Notes under the pieces: model-generated
Told to the model about the DNA's origin: nothing
Database searches by the model: none
What the model saw: only the letters and a program-made list of their open reading frames with translations
Position numbers and translations under genes: made by a program
Part shown: one piece after another, positions 40,039 through 49,632 of the stretch
Position numbering within the stretch: the first letter of the stretch is position 1
Layout of the letters: the number at the start of each line of letters is the position of its first letter
NCBI GenBank assembly: GCA_963796685.1
Contig: CAWCMR010000025.1
Location: forward strand, 1,024,001-1,088,000
DNA from: an uncultured delta proteobacterium
Lineage (GTDB): Bacteria; Myxococcota_A; Polyangia; Fen-1088
Length of the DNA: 64,000 bases
Direction of reading: 5' to 3'

Positions 40039-40513
40039 CTCCACGGCCAATAGCGCCCCCGGCCGGAATCCGAGGCGGATCAGGAGGCACGATGATGCGC
40101 GGACCGTGTTTGGCAGCCAGCCGCTCGAAATCCGCGGGGTTCAGCGTGACGAGAGCCTCCGACCGCGACGCCTCGGCTGCGACCAGATGAAGCGCATCGA
40201 AGATGGCCCCAGAGCGCTCACCGCGCTCGGCGCAGCGACGCATGGCCTGTCGGTACAGAGCCGCGGTCATAGCCAGTGGCCGGATATGTTCGGTCAACCG
40301 CTCGACCATCAGCTCGGCCGCGCGCGCTCCGACGAGGGGAGTGACTGGAAGGCGCGTAAGGACCGACCAGGTCTCGGCCACTGCGTGCCAGGCCATGACC
40401 CCCTGGATCTCGCCATTAGCGGCTGCCTGCACCCAGTGCAAGGCCCGGGCGTGGGCCGGATGGGGCGACACGAGCGCGGGAACGAGAACGGACGTGTCGA
40501 AGCAAACCTTCAC
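39971..40513 (-). CDS. PIN/VapC-family toxin
   Basis: 'FDTSVLV', 'AETWSVLTR', 'IFDALH', 'LVTLNPADF'; C-terminus runs into the duplicated segment. Confidence 0.85.
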   Translation of the reverse strand: MKVCFDTSVLVPALVSPHPAHARALHWVQAAANGEIQGVMAWHAVAETWSVLTRLPVTPLVGARAAELMVERLTEHIRPLAMTAALYRQAMRRCAERGERSGAIFDALHLVAAEASRSEALVTLNPADFERLAAKHGPRIIVPPDPPRIPAGGAIGRGVNEAVVPRNRGLSPPGLGSRRW

Positions 40514-40767
40514 GAGCGTGCCAGGCTCTCGAGTCTGTCGTGGCGAACGTGGCGATGGTCTGGCACGGTGCCGTCGAGTCGGCCACCAACTACCAGGATC
40601 CCGCCCTTCTCCTCGATCCGCGCCTCCTCGTGTTCGGGTTCAAGAAGAATGCTCTGGGGCCCCTCGGTGATCCGCAACCGACTGCCGGCGACCAGATGCA
40701 GACGGCGGCGCACAGGTAGGGGCACCACCAGCCGGCCCGCGGCATCAATGGTAATTGTTGATGGCAT
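40510..40767 (-). CDS. AbrB/MazE/SpoVT-family antitoxin
   Basis: 'ITIDAAGRLVVPLPVRRRLHL..G'; stop overlaps the PIN start (GTGA). Confidence 0.85.
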   Translation of the reverse strand: MPSTITIDAAGRLVVPLPVRRRLHLVAGSRLRITEGPQSILLEPEHEEARIEEKGGILVVGGRLDGTVPDHRHVRHDRLESLARS

Positions 40768-41016
40768 AATGGTAATGATAGCTGGCGGCCTGGGGTAGGG
40801 GCAAGCCTTATCTCGATGGGAGCGCACCCGGTTGCGGCTGGTTTTCCCAAAGCCCGCGAATAGGCACTGCGAAAAGGTCGTCACCGAACCTGACGACGTT
40901 CTCGCCGTCGTACAAGACCACGCCCGCGGCGAAGCGCGTGCCTGTCGCGGCCTTCAGCTTTCGTATCCCAAAGCACCCCTTCTCCTCGGTCCGCCGAGGA
41001 GAAGCTCCCAGACCGT

Positions 41017-41045
41017 GTAGGGGCGGGTTTCAAACCCGCCCCTAC
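41017..41045. repeat. GTAG-family REP palindrome
   Basis: Identical to 23583-23611; preceded by hairpin CTTCTCCTCGG/CCGAGGAGAAG. Confidence 0.8.
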
Positions 41046-41263
41046 TTCGATCCCGACCAAACTGTGCCTCGGACCCAACACCGCCCAGGCGTTCAGCGGC
41101 GAAGCGCGATGCCCCGTGCCAGAATGGTATGTTGCGTACAATGACGTGCGCCAGCGCAATCCCCGCCAGAATCCTGAGAACCTTCTTGAAGTAAATAGTA
41201 TCCTACCTGCCCATACTCGTGAGGAAGACCGGTAGACAGAATTAGCCGAATCTCGAATCATCC

Positions 41264-42704
41264 ATGCGAACCGCTGGCGTTGCATTCGTCGTAGCTTGCC
41301 TGGTGTCAGGCCTCCTGACCCCTCTGGTGCGGCGCTTTGCCCTCAGGCACCGTCTGTTCGACGACCATGTCTCGGCGCGCAAGATCCACGGCAGGCCCAT
41401 CCCCCGCCTGGGTGGCCTGGCCATCGCCGCCGGCTTCTACGCCCCCTTGCTGGCCCTGTTGATCGAGGCCAGCGGCGTGGGCGGGCAGTTTTACGCAAGC
41501 TGGCACAAGGCCATCGCCTTCTTGCTCGGCGGAGCCGCGATCTGCGCGCTTGGCCTCTTCGACGACATCCGCGGCTCGGGCGCGGGCAGGAAGTTCCTGG
41601 TCCAGTTCGCCATCGCCGGCGCGCTGTATTACGCCGGGTTCAAGATCGACGTGCTGTCCCTGCCCTTCCTCGGCGGGGTCCATCTGGGCGCGCTCAGCCT
41701 GGTGTTCACCCTGCTGTGGATCGTCGGCGTGATCAACGCCATGAACCTCATCGACGGGCTCGATGGCTTGGCCGCCGGCGTGGGTCTGTTCGGGGTCGCC
41801 ACCACGTTCGTGATGGCAGCCTCGCGCGGCGACGCCATCATGATGCTGTTCATGGCCTGCCTGGGCGGCTCGCTGCTCGGCTTCCTGGTCTACAACTTCA
41901 ACCCCGCGTCGATCTTCATGGGCGACACCGGCTCGATGTTCATCGGTTACGTCCTTGCCATCGGGTCGATCCAGACCAGCCAAAAGTCGTCCACCGCCGT
42001 GGCCATCCTGATCCCCATCGTGGCCCTGGGCCTGCCCATCGCCGACACCCTGCTGGCCATGATCCGTCGCGCTGTCCGCCGCCGGCCCCTCTTCAGCGCC
42101 GACCGCTCGCACATCCATCACAAGTTGATCGACCTGGGTTTGACCCAGAAGCAAGCCGTGCTGATCCTGTACGGCGCCAGCATCCTGCTCGGCGGAACCG
42201 CCCTGCTGTTGACCGTCGCCAGCAGCCTGCAATCCGCGGCGATCCTGACGACCATGGCCGCGCTCGGCTTCGTGGCCATCCGAAAGCTGGGCTACGGCCA
42301 GCTCCGGCGCGCCGCCGCCTCGCAGGCCGACATCGATGCTCGCCGGCAGCTCGACCGCCTGGCCGGCGCCACCGACGAAGAGCGCATGTGGCTCGAAGCT
42401 CAAGGGTCTGGCCCAGGTCTTCGCGATGGCCGCGATCCGCCTCTCCCTCGTCTACCGCAACGAAAGCGACTCGGTCGCCATCCAGCGCGCGCACGGAAAC
42501 TGGGATGAGCCGGGGTGCCGTCCGGGAGCCTTCGATTTCGTGGCGGACTCGACCTCGGTCAGGGTCGAGCTCCTCTCCACCAGCGAGCCGAGCCCGGCAA
42601 CCATCGAAAACATGCGACAAGCCACCCACAGCGCTTGCACCAGAATCTTCGGCCGGGAGCAGGAAGCCCGGGTCGCCCGTAGCAAAGAACCCGCCGCCGT
42701 GTAG
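41264..42704 (+). CDS. MraY/WecA(TagO)-family polyprenyl-phosphate HexNAc-1-P transferase (frameshift near 42397)
   Basis: 'PIPRLGG', 'GLFDD', 'NAMNLIDGLDGL', 'YNFNPASIFMGDTGS', 'DRSHIHH'; C-terminal extension continues in a shifted frame to TAG 42704. Confidence 0.9.
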
Positions 42705-42730
42705 CCCACAACCTGCATTGGTCCGGCGTA
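42679..42730 (+). repeat. 52-bp direct repeat (copy 1), spanning the stop codon of the WecA-like gene
   Basis: 49/52 identical to 46215-46266. Confidence 0.85.
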
Positions 42731-42765
42731 GCGGGCACCTGACCATCCAGCCTGCTACCCTGGCA

Positions 42766-42794
42766 TACGTACGAATATTGCGCTAGTGTACGTA
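42766..42794. promoter_or_regulatory. Putative TA operator palindrome
   Basis: TACGTAC (42766-72) and GTACGTA (42788-94) immediately before the antitoxin ATG. Confidence 0.4.
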
Positions 42795-42795
42795 C

Positions 42796-43026
42796 ATGGC
42801 CAAGCTGACTCTCAATGTGGACGCAAAGGTCGCGGCGCAGGCCAAGCGCTACGCAGCTCGTTGCAATACCTCGGTCTCGCGCATGGTCGAGCGCTATCTC
42901 GACCTGGTTGGCGAGCCGGTAAGGGCGCAAGAGGATGATCCTCCGGTGCTGCGCATGTTGCGTGGAGCAGCCAAGGGTCTCTCCCAGGACGAATACGGGC
43001 GTCATCTGCGAAAGAAATATCGGTGA
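42796..43026 (+). CDS. DUF6364-like RHH antitoxin
   Basis: 'KLTLNVD..V..QAKRYA....TSVSRMVERYL...LRG....LRKKY'. Confidence 0.8.
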   Translation: MAKLTLNVDAKVAAQAKRYAARCNTSVSRMVERYLDLVGEPVRAQEDDPPVLRMLRGAAKGLSQDEYGRHLRKKYR

Positions 43027-43439
43027 AGCGACTGCTGCTCGACTTGAACATCCTGCTCGACGTGGTTCTGGATCGAGCCGAATCGGCCAGCGCGGCGAGC
43101 TTGTGGGCAGCCTTAGAACGGGGCAAAGGTCGGGGCTACGTTCCGGCGCATGGAGTAACGACCATCTACTATTTGGTTGCCCGCGCCCAAGGCGCCGCTT
43201 TCGCTCGACGCGCGACCGACGGAATCTTGCGGACCTTCTCGGTAGCACCTGTTGACGAGAAAGTTCTGCGACGAGCATTGGCCCTCGGTTTTCCCGATTT
43301 CGAGGACGCTGTCTGCGCGTCCGCCGCGGAATTCTGCCGTTGCGACGCCATCGTCACGCGCGACCCCAAGGGATTTGCGGAATCACCGGTTCGGGTCGTG
43401 GATTGCCCGGCCGCGCTCGCCTGGCTGACCGAAGTCTAA
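43023..43439 (+). CDS. PIN-domain toxin
   Basis: 'LLDLNILLDV', 'TTIYYL', 'DFEDAV', 'AIVTRDPKGF'. Confidence 0.9.
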   Translation: MKRLLLDLNILLDVVLDRAESASAASLWAALERGKGRGYVPAHGVTTIYYLVARAQGAAFARRATDGILRTFSVAPVDEKVLRRALALGFPDFEDAVCASAAEFCRCDAIVTRDPKGFAESPVRVVDCPAALAWLTEV

Positions 43440-43471
43440 GGGCGGACCATCGCCTTTTGGGTCATACAGAG

Positions 43472-44056
43472 ATGCAAGCTTGAGAGTCTTGTGGCGTCAT
43501 TCCCTGTCGTCGTGGTCAGCGGGGCAAGGCAGGTGGGCAAGACCACGCTGCTTAGGCACGTGTTTCCCGATCTCGACTATGTCGTCTTCGATGCGAGCCT
43601 CGATGTCGAGAACGCCCGTGCCGAGCCCGAGCTGTTTCTGGTGTGTCCTCGAAGCCCAAGGGCTATCTGGCCGACTCCGGCTTCGCGTGCTACCACGCGC
43701 ACCTCGGAAGCCCCGGCGCGCTCGGTGGCCATCCCTTGGCAGGAGCCTTGTTCGAAACCGCCATGGTGAACGAGATCCGCAAGCGCGCATCGCTGCTGGC
43801 CGGCAGCACGGCATTCTGGCACTGGCGGTCGGCAGGCGGCGCGGAGGTCAATCTGCTGCTCGACCGAGACGGCATCCTCTACCCCTTTGAAATCAAGCTG
43901 ACCGCCAACCCCTCCCGCCACGACACCTCGGACCTGGCCGCATTCCGCCGGTCCTATCCCGAGGTGCGAATCGGCAAGGGCGCCATTCTCTGCAGTGTCG
44001 AGCGCCCCTTCTGGGTGACCGAGGACGTGGCCGCGCTGCCCTGGAACCTCATCTGA
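43472..44056 (+). pseudogene. AAA_14/DUF4143 ATP-binding protein, internally deleted
   Basis: Walker A 'SGARQVGKTT' joined near 43640 to the DUF4143 tail 'PKGYLADSG..GALFET..WHWRS..GAEV.LLL..PFEIK' in another frame. Confidence 0.8.
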
Positions 44057-44074
44057 GCTGTGGATCGTCGGCGC

Positions 44075-44105
44075 GTAGGGGCGGGCTTCAAACCCGCGCC
44101 CCTAC
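44075..44105. repeat. GTAG-family REP palindrome (variant)
   Basis: GTAGGGGCGGGCTTCAAACCCGCGCCCCTAC. Confidence 0.75.
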
Positions 44106-44177
44106 ATTCTCCAAGGCTCGAAGTTATCGGCGAAGGGCCGGTGTGAAACATGTTATCGCCCATGGTACGCTTGCCCG

Positions 44178-44432
44178 ATGACCTCGATGACGGTGCGTGA
44201 CATACGACTGCACTGGCCCAAGGCCGAGAAGGCTCTGGCTGAGGGCGAGGAGATCCTCATCACCCGCGATTCCAAGCCGGTGGCTCGGCTGCTGCCCCTG
44301 GTGCCGGGCGCGGGACAGAAGCGGCAACGATTCGACCCCATCGCCCACGCGCGACGAATGCAACGATTCTGGAAGAACCGGCCCTCCCAGCCCTCGACCG
44401 ATGTGCTCCTGGCCAAGGACCGCGACGAGTAG
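44178..44432 (+). CDS. Phd/YefM-family antitoxin (copy 2)
   Basis: Differs from copy 1 only in the last two residues. Confidence 0.85.
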   Translation: MTSMTVRDIRLHWPKAEKALAEGEEILITRDSKPVARLLPLVPGAGQKRQRFDPIAHARRMQRFWKNRPSQPSTDVLLAKDRDE

Positions 44433-44444
44433 GACGCCGAGGAA

Positions 44445-44879
44445 ATGGGTCTGTACCTCGACACGAGCTGCCTTCTGAAGCTGTTCTTTCCCGAGCCCGA
44501 AAGCACCACCGTGGCCTCGCAGGTCGCCGCGGAAGAGCATGTCGTCGTTTCCACGTTGGCGCGCCTCGAGTTGCGGGTGCAGATCCAAGGTCGGGTCGCC
44601 GGTGGCACGCTCTCGGCCAAGTCCGCGACCGCGCTCTTGTCCGTAGTCGACCGAACGCTTGCGGAGTCTCCCTACGAAATCGCGGAGACACCCAGCAATG
44701 TCTACTCGGTCGCAGCCGCGCAACTCCTGCCCCTGGGCCGCTCCGTGCATTGCAGGACCCTGGATCGGCTGCACCTAGCAGCCATGGAAGCCCTGGGCCT
44801 GCGGCGTCTGCTCACCAACGATGAGATCCAAGGCCGGGCGGCGAAAGCCCGCGGATTCGAGGTACTACTGCCTCGTTGA
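44445..44879 (+). CDS. PIN/VapC toxin (intact)
   Basis: 'LYLDTSCLLKL', 'RTLDRLHLAA', 'LLTND..Q..AA...GF'. Confidence 0.9.
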   Translation: MGLYLDTSCLLKLFFPEPESTTVASQVAAEEHVVVSTLARLELRVQIQGRVAGGTLSAKSATALLSVVDRTLAESPYEIAETPSNVYSVAAAQLLPLGRSVHCRTLDRLHLAAMEALGLRRLLTNDEIQGRAAKARGFEVLLPR

Positions 44880-44889
44880 CTCCACGGCC

Positions 44890-45013
44890 TGCCATCCAGT
44901 TCCGAATGGAGCAGGCGGGGCTGACCCTAAACGACCTTACCGATATCATCGGAACCCGAGCGCGCGTCTCCGAAGTGCTCCATCGCCGCACGCCCCGGAC
45001 CATCGCCATGATC
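44890..45013 (+). pseudogene. HigA-like HTH antitoxin fragment
   Basis: 'AIQFRMEQAGLT..DL..IIGTRARVSEVL.RR'; no N-terminus. Confidence 0.65.
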
Positions 45014-45150
45014 CCCGCCCAGCACGTGCGTGCGGTGAGAGGCACACGAGAGCTTCTCCACCTTCCGTCGCTTCCTTGGGTTGCTCGCCGACCCGCGCGG
45101 GACAAGTACTCAACAAGACGGACCGTGAGGGCCCCAAGTTGGTCCTTCGG

Positions 45151-45735
45151 CTACGGGCTCGGCGCTGCGGGAGCGTCCCACAAGGCACCGATATCAATGG
45201 CCACGGCCTCGAATGGCGGCACCCGCTTTTCGCCCTCACCGCCGAAGGTTCCGGCAACCACCAAGTCCTGCCCTGATAGCTTCAGGACCTCGATGGTGCG
45301 CGAGGCAGGGTCCACGAACCACAGCCAGGGGACACCGTGATCGCGATAGATGTCCTGCTTGCTTGTGCGATCAAGGACGGCGGTGGACGGTGAAAGGACC
45401 TCGCAAATCCAGTCCGGGCGAAGCTCGAACCACGCCGTGCTCGGGGCCTGCGGCATACGTTCGCGCAGCCAGCCGGCCAAGTCCGGGACGAGGATCTGTT
45501 CGCCCAGATGCAGCTCGGACTCGTCGATGATGAGCCAGCCACCCGGCCCGCCGCGACGACGACCGAACGCCCCACCTATCTCGACACCGAGATACGACGT
45601 CGCGATGGCGTGCGGCGGCCCGGGTCGCGGCGAAACGACCAAGTCTCCGTCGATGATTTGGCCGATCACGTTGACCGGCAACTCGAACAAATCCGCGTAA
45701 GTTGCCGGCCGCTTCTTGGGCAGTGCGAATGCCAT
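45151..45735 (-). CDS. Uma2 (DUF820) family endonuclease, paralog of 33090-33680
   Basis: Same motifs; long identical stretches with the first copy. Confidence 0.9.
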   Translation of the reverse strand: MAFALPKKRPATYADLFELPVNVIGQIIDGDLVVSPRPGPPHAIATSYLGVEIGGAFGRRRGGPGGWLIIDESELHLGEQILVPDLAGWLRERMPQAPSTAWFELRPDWICEVLSPSTAVLDRTSKQDIYRDHGVPWLWFVDPASRTIEVLKLSGQDLVVAGTFGGEGEKRVPPFEAVAIDIGALWDAPAAPSP

Positions 45736-45741
45736 CGCACC

Positions 45742-45993
45742 CTAGAGCACCGAACGGGTTGAAAGTGCAGAGAATTCAAGAAGTTGCTACGCACGTGCCC
45801 CCTCCAATCCCCTCGCCCCGCGCAGCGGGGAGAGGGTTAGGGTGAGGGGCCAGCGCACCCTCTCGCATGGCCGAACCCCTCACCCGACGCGCTTCGCGCG
45901 TCGACCTCTCCCCGCTTCGCGGGGCGAGGTGAATTTTCCGAGCACTCGCAAGCTCTCGATTCTGCGCAGCATTCAACCCGTTCGGTGCTCTAG
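45742..45993. mobile_element. MITE bounded by CTAG and TIRs GAGCACCGAACGGGTTGAA, carrying two BoxC-like palindromes
   Basis: Perfect inverted ends 45742-45763 / 45972-45993; same ends as the element at 53629-54285. Confidence 0.85.
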
Positions 45994-46135
45994 GGTAGCA
46001 CGCCTTGTGCCCCCGGCGCCTTCCGCCACCCCTCCATCATGAGGAGTCCGGCGAGGCACAGTCTTACGCTGCCTTGCGTTCGACTTGTCCCTATCCTCCG
46101 AGCCATTTCCGAAATTGAGACGTGACCCTGCGCGG

Positions 46136-46214
46136 CTCCGAAGTGCTCAATCGCCGCAGGCCCCTGACCATCGCCATGATCGTCCGGTTGCGCCAGCAGC
46201 TGGGCATCTCGGCA
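46136..46214 (+). pseudogene. HigA-like antitoxin C-terminal fragment
   Basis: 'SEVLNRRRPLTIAMIVRLRQQLGISA'; first 46 bp are 43/46 identical to 44968-45013. Confidence 0.6.
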
Positions 46215-46266
46215 GTAGCAAAGAACCCGCCGCCGTGTAGCCCACAACCTGTATTGGCCCGGTGTA
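46215..46266 (+). repeat. 52-bp direct repeat (copy 2)
   Basis: 49/52 identical to 42679-42730. Confidence 0.85.
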
Positions 46267-46290
46267 CCCGCCCACTTCTCGCGGATTCCC

Positions 46291-46952
46291 TTGCCATGCC
46301 CGCGCCGCAGACTGACGCGACGAGATGTGCGGCTTCCAAAAGTCGCGGGCAAGGCCAAGGCGGTCATCGGTCCCCGGCGAGGCGGCAAGACAACCTTTCT
46401 GTGGCAGGTGTTGGCCGAACGCGTGGCCGCGGGCGTACCGCGTTCTCACCTCCTCTACTTCAACTTCACCGACCACGGTCGCCAAGCGATGGACGAAGGG
46501 GGAGCGACCGGTTCTGGACAAGGCCCTGCACGCCTATCTGACGGGCGGCGGCTTTCCCGAAGCACAGAGCATCGATGCTCGTGATCGCTTCGAGCTCCTG
46601 CGTGGCCACATGGACACCGCTCTCTTTCGCGATGTGGTCGAACGGCACGCGGTCTCGCACCCGGCCGCTTTACGCTGGCTGGTTCGGCACCAAGAACACC
46701 TTGCACGCCTACCTCGCACATCTTGAAGATGCGTTCCTGGTTCGCGCTGTCCCTATCGCGACCGATTCGGAACGTCGGCGCATGGTCAACCCACGCAAGG
46801 CCTACCCGATCGATCCGGGCCTGATTCCCGCCCCTATCGAGTATCCAAGGGCGAGCCGGACCATCATCACGCTCGCAAGCGAAACGGTGCACGACAGGCC
46901 GGCGGGCATCCAAATCCTCCCGGCCGCTGACTGGCTCCTGACGGTCGAGTAG
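46291..46952 (+). pseudogene. AAA_14/DUF4143 ATP-binding protein with multiple internal deletions
   Basis: 'GPRRGGKTT', 'YL.GGGFPE', 'FRDVVERH', 'YLAHLEDAFL', 'NPRKAYPIDPGL' and 'ADWLL' are squeezed into about 660 bp over three frames. Confidence 0.8.
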
Positions 46953-47078
46953 CCCGGCCCACCCAGCGGCCACATCGCCTCGCCCCGCGACGTGGAGCAG
47001 CCCTGCCCATCGCCGACACCTTGCCGGACATGCTTCGTCGCGCCGTCCGCCGCCGGCCCAGGGCTAGCGCGCCATTCC

Positions 47079-47399
47079 CTACGGAGCCACCTCTCCGATC
47101 CCTTCGTCGCCTGCGTTTCCAGAACGCGGGCCCACTCGCGAAAGCGCATAGCGCACGGTCGCCGCAGCGGCCAGCACGAACACTGCGATAATCAGTGCGC
47201 TTTCTAGTCGCTTCTTGTGCCTCCGTAACCGACTGCGTGAAAAGCGGAGGCCGCGCCAACCGCATTGCGTCGTGCAACGGTACCCGCGCAGAAAAAGCAG
47301 GCGGGTCAGGGCGCCGGCAATTCCGGAATGCTCGTCGCAAGCCAGGAGCGAACCGCAGAGCGGACACACGTGACGCCTATGGACTGACGGTTGTGCCAT
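47079..47399 (-). CDS. Small hypothetical protein with Cys pairs and a TM helix
   Basis: 'CPLCG...YRCTTQCGWRG' followed by a hydrophobic helix; divergent from wzc. Confidence 0.5.
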   Translation of the reverse strand: MAQPSVHRRHVCPLCGSLLACDEHSGIAGALTRLLFLRGYRCTTQCGWRGLRFSRSRLRRHKKRLESALIIAVFVLAAAATVRYALSRVGPRSGNAGDEGIGEVAP

Positions 47400-47488
47400 T
47401 CGAGGCAAAAGCTAGCACCAATCCTTGCCCAGGCGAAGTCCGCCCCATCATTGCGTGTGTGCCGTTTTAAGGCTAGCGTCGACCCTGC

Positions 47489-49630
47489 ATGGAGTCCGCA
47501 CCCGTCCCACCATCCAAGATCTCAGGGCCTGCCCGGGAGCTGCAACACTATCTCGACGTTCTGCGCAAGAGGTGGCGGGTCGTGACCACGGTCATCGTCG
47601 TCAGCTTGGCCGTGGCCTTCGTCCTCACCATCCGTATGCCCAAGACCTACGAGGCCACTTGCTCGCTGGTTATCGAATCCACCGCGCCGCAGGTGCTTGA
47701 GGGTGTCAAAGAGGTCATCGAGATGGCCGCCGCTACGCGCGAGTTCTACACCACCCAGTACCGTATCATCCGTTCGCACGAGGTCGCCCAACAGGTCATC
47801 GATCGATTAGGTCTGGCAAGCGATGCCAGCTATTTCGGTTCCGTCGACCCCTCCAAACCGGCCAACCGTGACTTCATGGTGGAGCAGCTGCTAAAGAAAG
47901 TGAAGGTCTTGGGCGTGCGAGAATCACACATCGCCAACATTCAGGTTAGCGACGTGGATCCCGAACGCGCCACGCGCATCGCCAATGCCTTTGCCGACAC
48001 CTATATCGAACAGAACCTCGATTTCAAGCTCGAGGGAGCCCGCTCGGCAGGAACTTGGCTGGGCGAACAGACCGTGGACCTGCGCAAGAAGCTCGAGAGC
48101 TCCGAAATGGAACTGTACAAGTTCCGCAAGGAGCGCAACCTGCTGGACGTTGGCCTGGACGACAAAATGGGAATGACCCGCCAGAACCTGCAAAGCCTCA
48201 ACAGCAAGATCACGGACGTCAAGGCCAAGCGCATCGAGCTTGAATCCATTCGCAAGCTGATCCTTGCCGCGAAGAACAACATCAAGGAGCAGGAGAGTCT
48301 GCCAGAGATCCGCGACAATCCGGTGGTACAGAAGCTGCGAGAGAACTATCTGGACCTGCTGAAGACCAAGGCGGACTTGGAATCCCGTTACGGCGAAAGG
48401 CACCCCAAGATCGAGACCGTCGAGCACGAGCTGGCCGCGACCCAGCACGACTACGCCACCGAGCTGGACAATGTTCTGCGCGCCTTCGACAAGCGCTACC
48501 AGGCCTTGGTCGAGACCGAAGATTCCCTACTGAAGTGGATGGCTCACGAGAAGCAACAGGCGCTAGAGCTTGCCAAGCTGGAAACCGAATACCGCCCCTT
48601 GGCTCGAGATGCCGAGAACGACGCCAAAGTCTATTCGCAGATCAACCAGCGCCAAAAAGAGATCAACTTGACGGGGATGCTCAAGGCCAACAATGTCCGC
48701 ATTCTGGATCGCGCCACCCCACCCCGCACTCCGGTCTTTCCACTCTTGCGTGTAAACCTGCCGGTGGGCGCGGTCGCGGGACTAATCTTCGGTCTTCTGC
48801 TCGCGTTCACCATCGAGGCCCTGGACAACACGATCAAGAGCCCCGAGGCCGCCGAGGAAATGGTGGGCGCACCTCTTTTGGGCGTCGTTCCCATGCTCTC
48901 GCAATCGCGGCAGCACTTGCCGACCGACGCCCCCGAGCGGGACCTGGCTGTTTTCAAGGATCCCTCGTCGTTGGCCGCCGAAGCCTGTCGGTCCATTCGA
49001 ACGAACATGCTATTCATCGCGGCGCAGAAGGAGTTCTCGCTTTTCTCGGTCACCAGTCCTGGCCCCCAAGACGGTAAGACCACGGTGGCCATCAACCTGG
49101 CGGTCACCATGGCCCAGGCCGGAGGGAAAATCCTGCTCATCGACACGGACATGCGCAGACCGCGCATCCACAGATCCTTCGGTCTAAAATCCGACAAGGG
49201 AATATCCAGTGTTATCGCTGGCGACACTCCATTGAAGGACGCTATTTCCAAATCGGAGGTCCCCAGCCTCGATGTCCTGCCCTGCGGTCCCATGCCCCCG
49301 AATCCGGCAGAGCTCCTGCACACAGAGCGTTTTCGGCAGATTCTTGCCGAGTGCCGCAGCAGCTACGATCGAGTTATTCTGGATTCTCCCCCCATCGGAC
49401 CAGTCACCGACCCGGCCATCATCGGCGGCGTAACCGACGGTGTGGTGTTGGTCCTACGCGCTGGCCACACCACGCGTGAGGCTACCCAGTTCGCGCGTCG
49501 TCAACTCGGGGACGCGGGCGCACGCATCTTGGGTCTGGTGATCAACCAGACCGACCGTAAAGGCGGCAGGTATGGCTATGGGTACTCGTACTACTCCCAG
49601 TATGGACGTTACTACCGGACGGCCACGTAG
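47489..49630 (+). CDS. wzc: Polysaccharide co-polymerase / BY tyrosine kinase
   Basis: Two TMs with coiled-coil periplasmic region; 'TSPGPQDGKTT', 'IDTDMRRP', 'PPNPAELL', 'DSPP'; Tyr-rich C-terminus. Confidence 0.92.
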   Translation: MESAPVPPSKISGPARELQHYLDVLRKRWRVVTTVIVVSLAVAFVLTIRMPKTYEATCSLVIESTAPQVLEGVKEVIEMAAATREFYTTQYRIIRSHEVAQQVIDRLGLASDASYFGSVDPSKPANRDFMVEQLLKKVKVLGVRESHIANIQVSDVDPERATRIANAFADTYIEQNLDFKLEGARSAGTWLGEQTVDLRKKLESSEMELYKFRKERNLLDVGLDDKMGMTRQNLQSLNSKITDVKAKRIELESIRKLILAAKNNIKEQESLPEIRDNPVVQKLRENYLDLLKTKADLESRYGERHPKIETVEHELAATQHDYATELDNVLRAFDKRYQALVETEDSLLKWMAHEKQQALELAKLETEYRPLARDAENDAKVYSQINQRQKEINLTGMLKANNVRILDRATPPRTPVFPLLRVNLPVGAVAGLIFGLLLAFTIEALDNTIKSPEAAEEMVGAPLLGVVPMLSQSRQHLPTDAPERDLAVFKDPSSLAAEACRSIRTNMLFIAAQKEFSLFSVTSPGPQDGKTTVAINLAVTMAQAGGKILLIDTDMRRPRIHRSFGLKSDKGISSVIAGDTPLKDAISKSEVPSLDVLPCGPMPPNPAELLHTERFRQILAECRSSYDRVILDSPPIGPVTDPAIIGGVTDGVVLVLRAGHTTREATQFARRQLGDAGARILGLVINQTDRKGGRYGYGYSYYSQYGRYYRTAT

Positions 49631-49632
49631 CA

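Noticed and set aside
39470-46952. Integron cassette array (TA-rich small genes separated by palindromes)
   Set aside because: No integron integrase, no RYYYAAC...GTTRRRY attC sites recognised, and gene orientations are mixed
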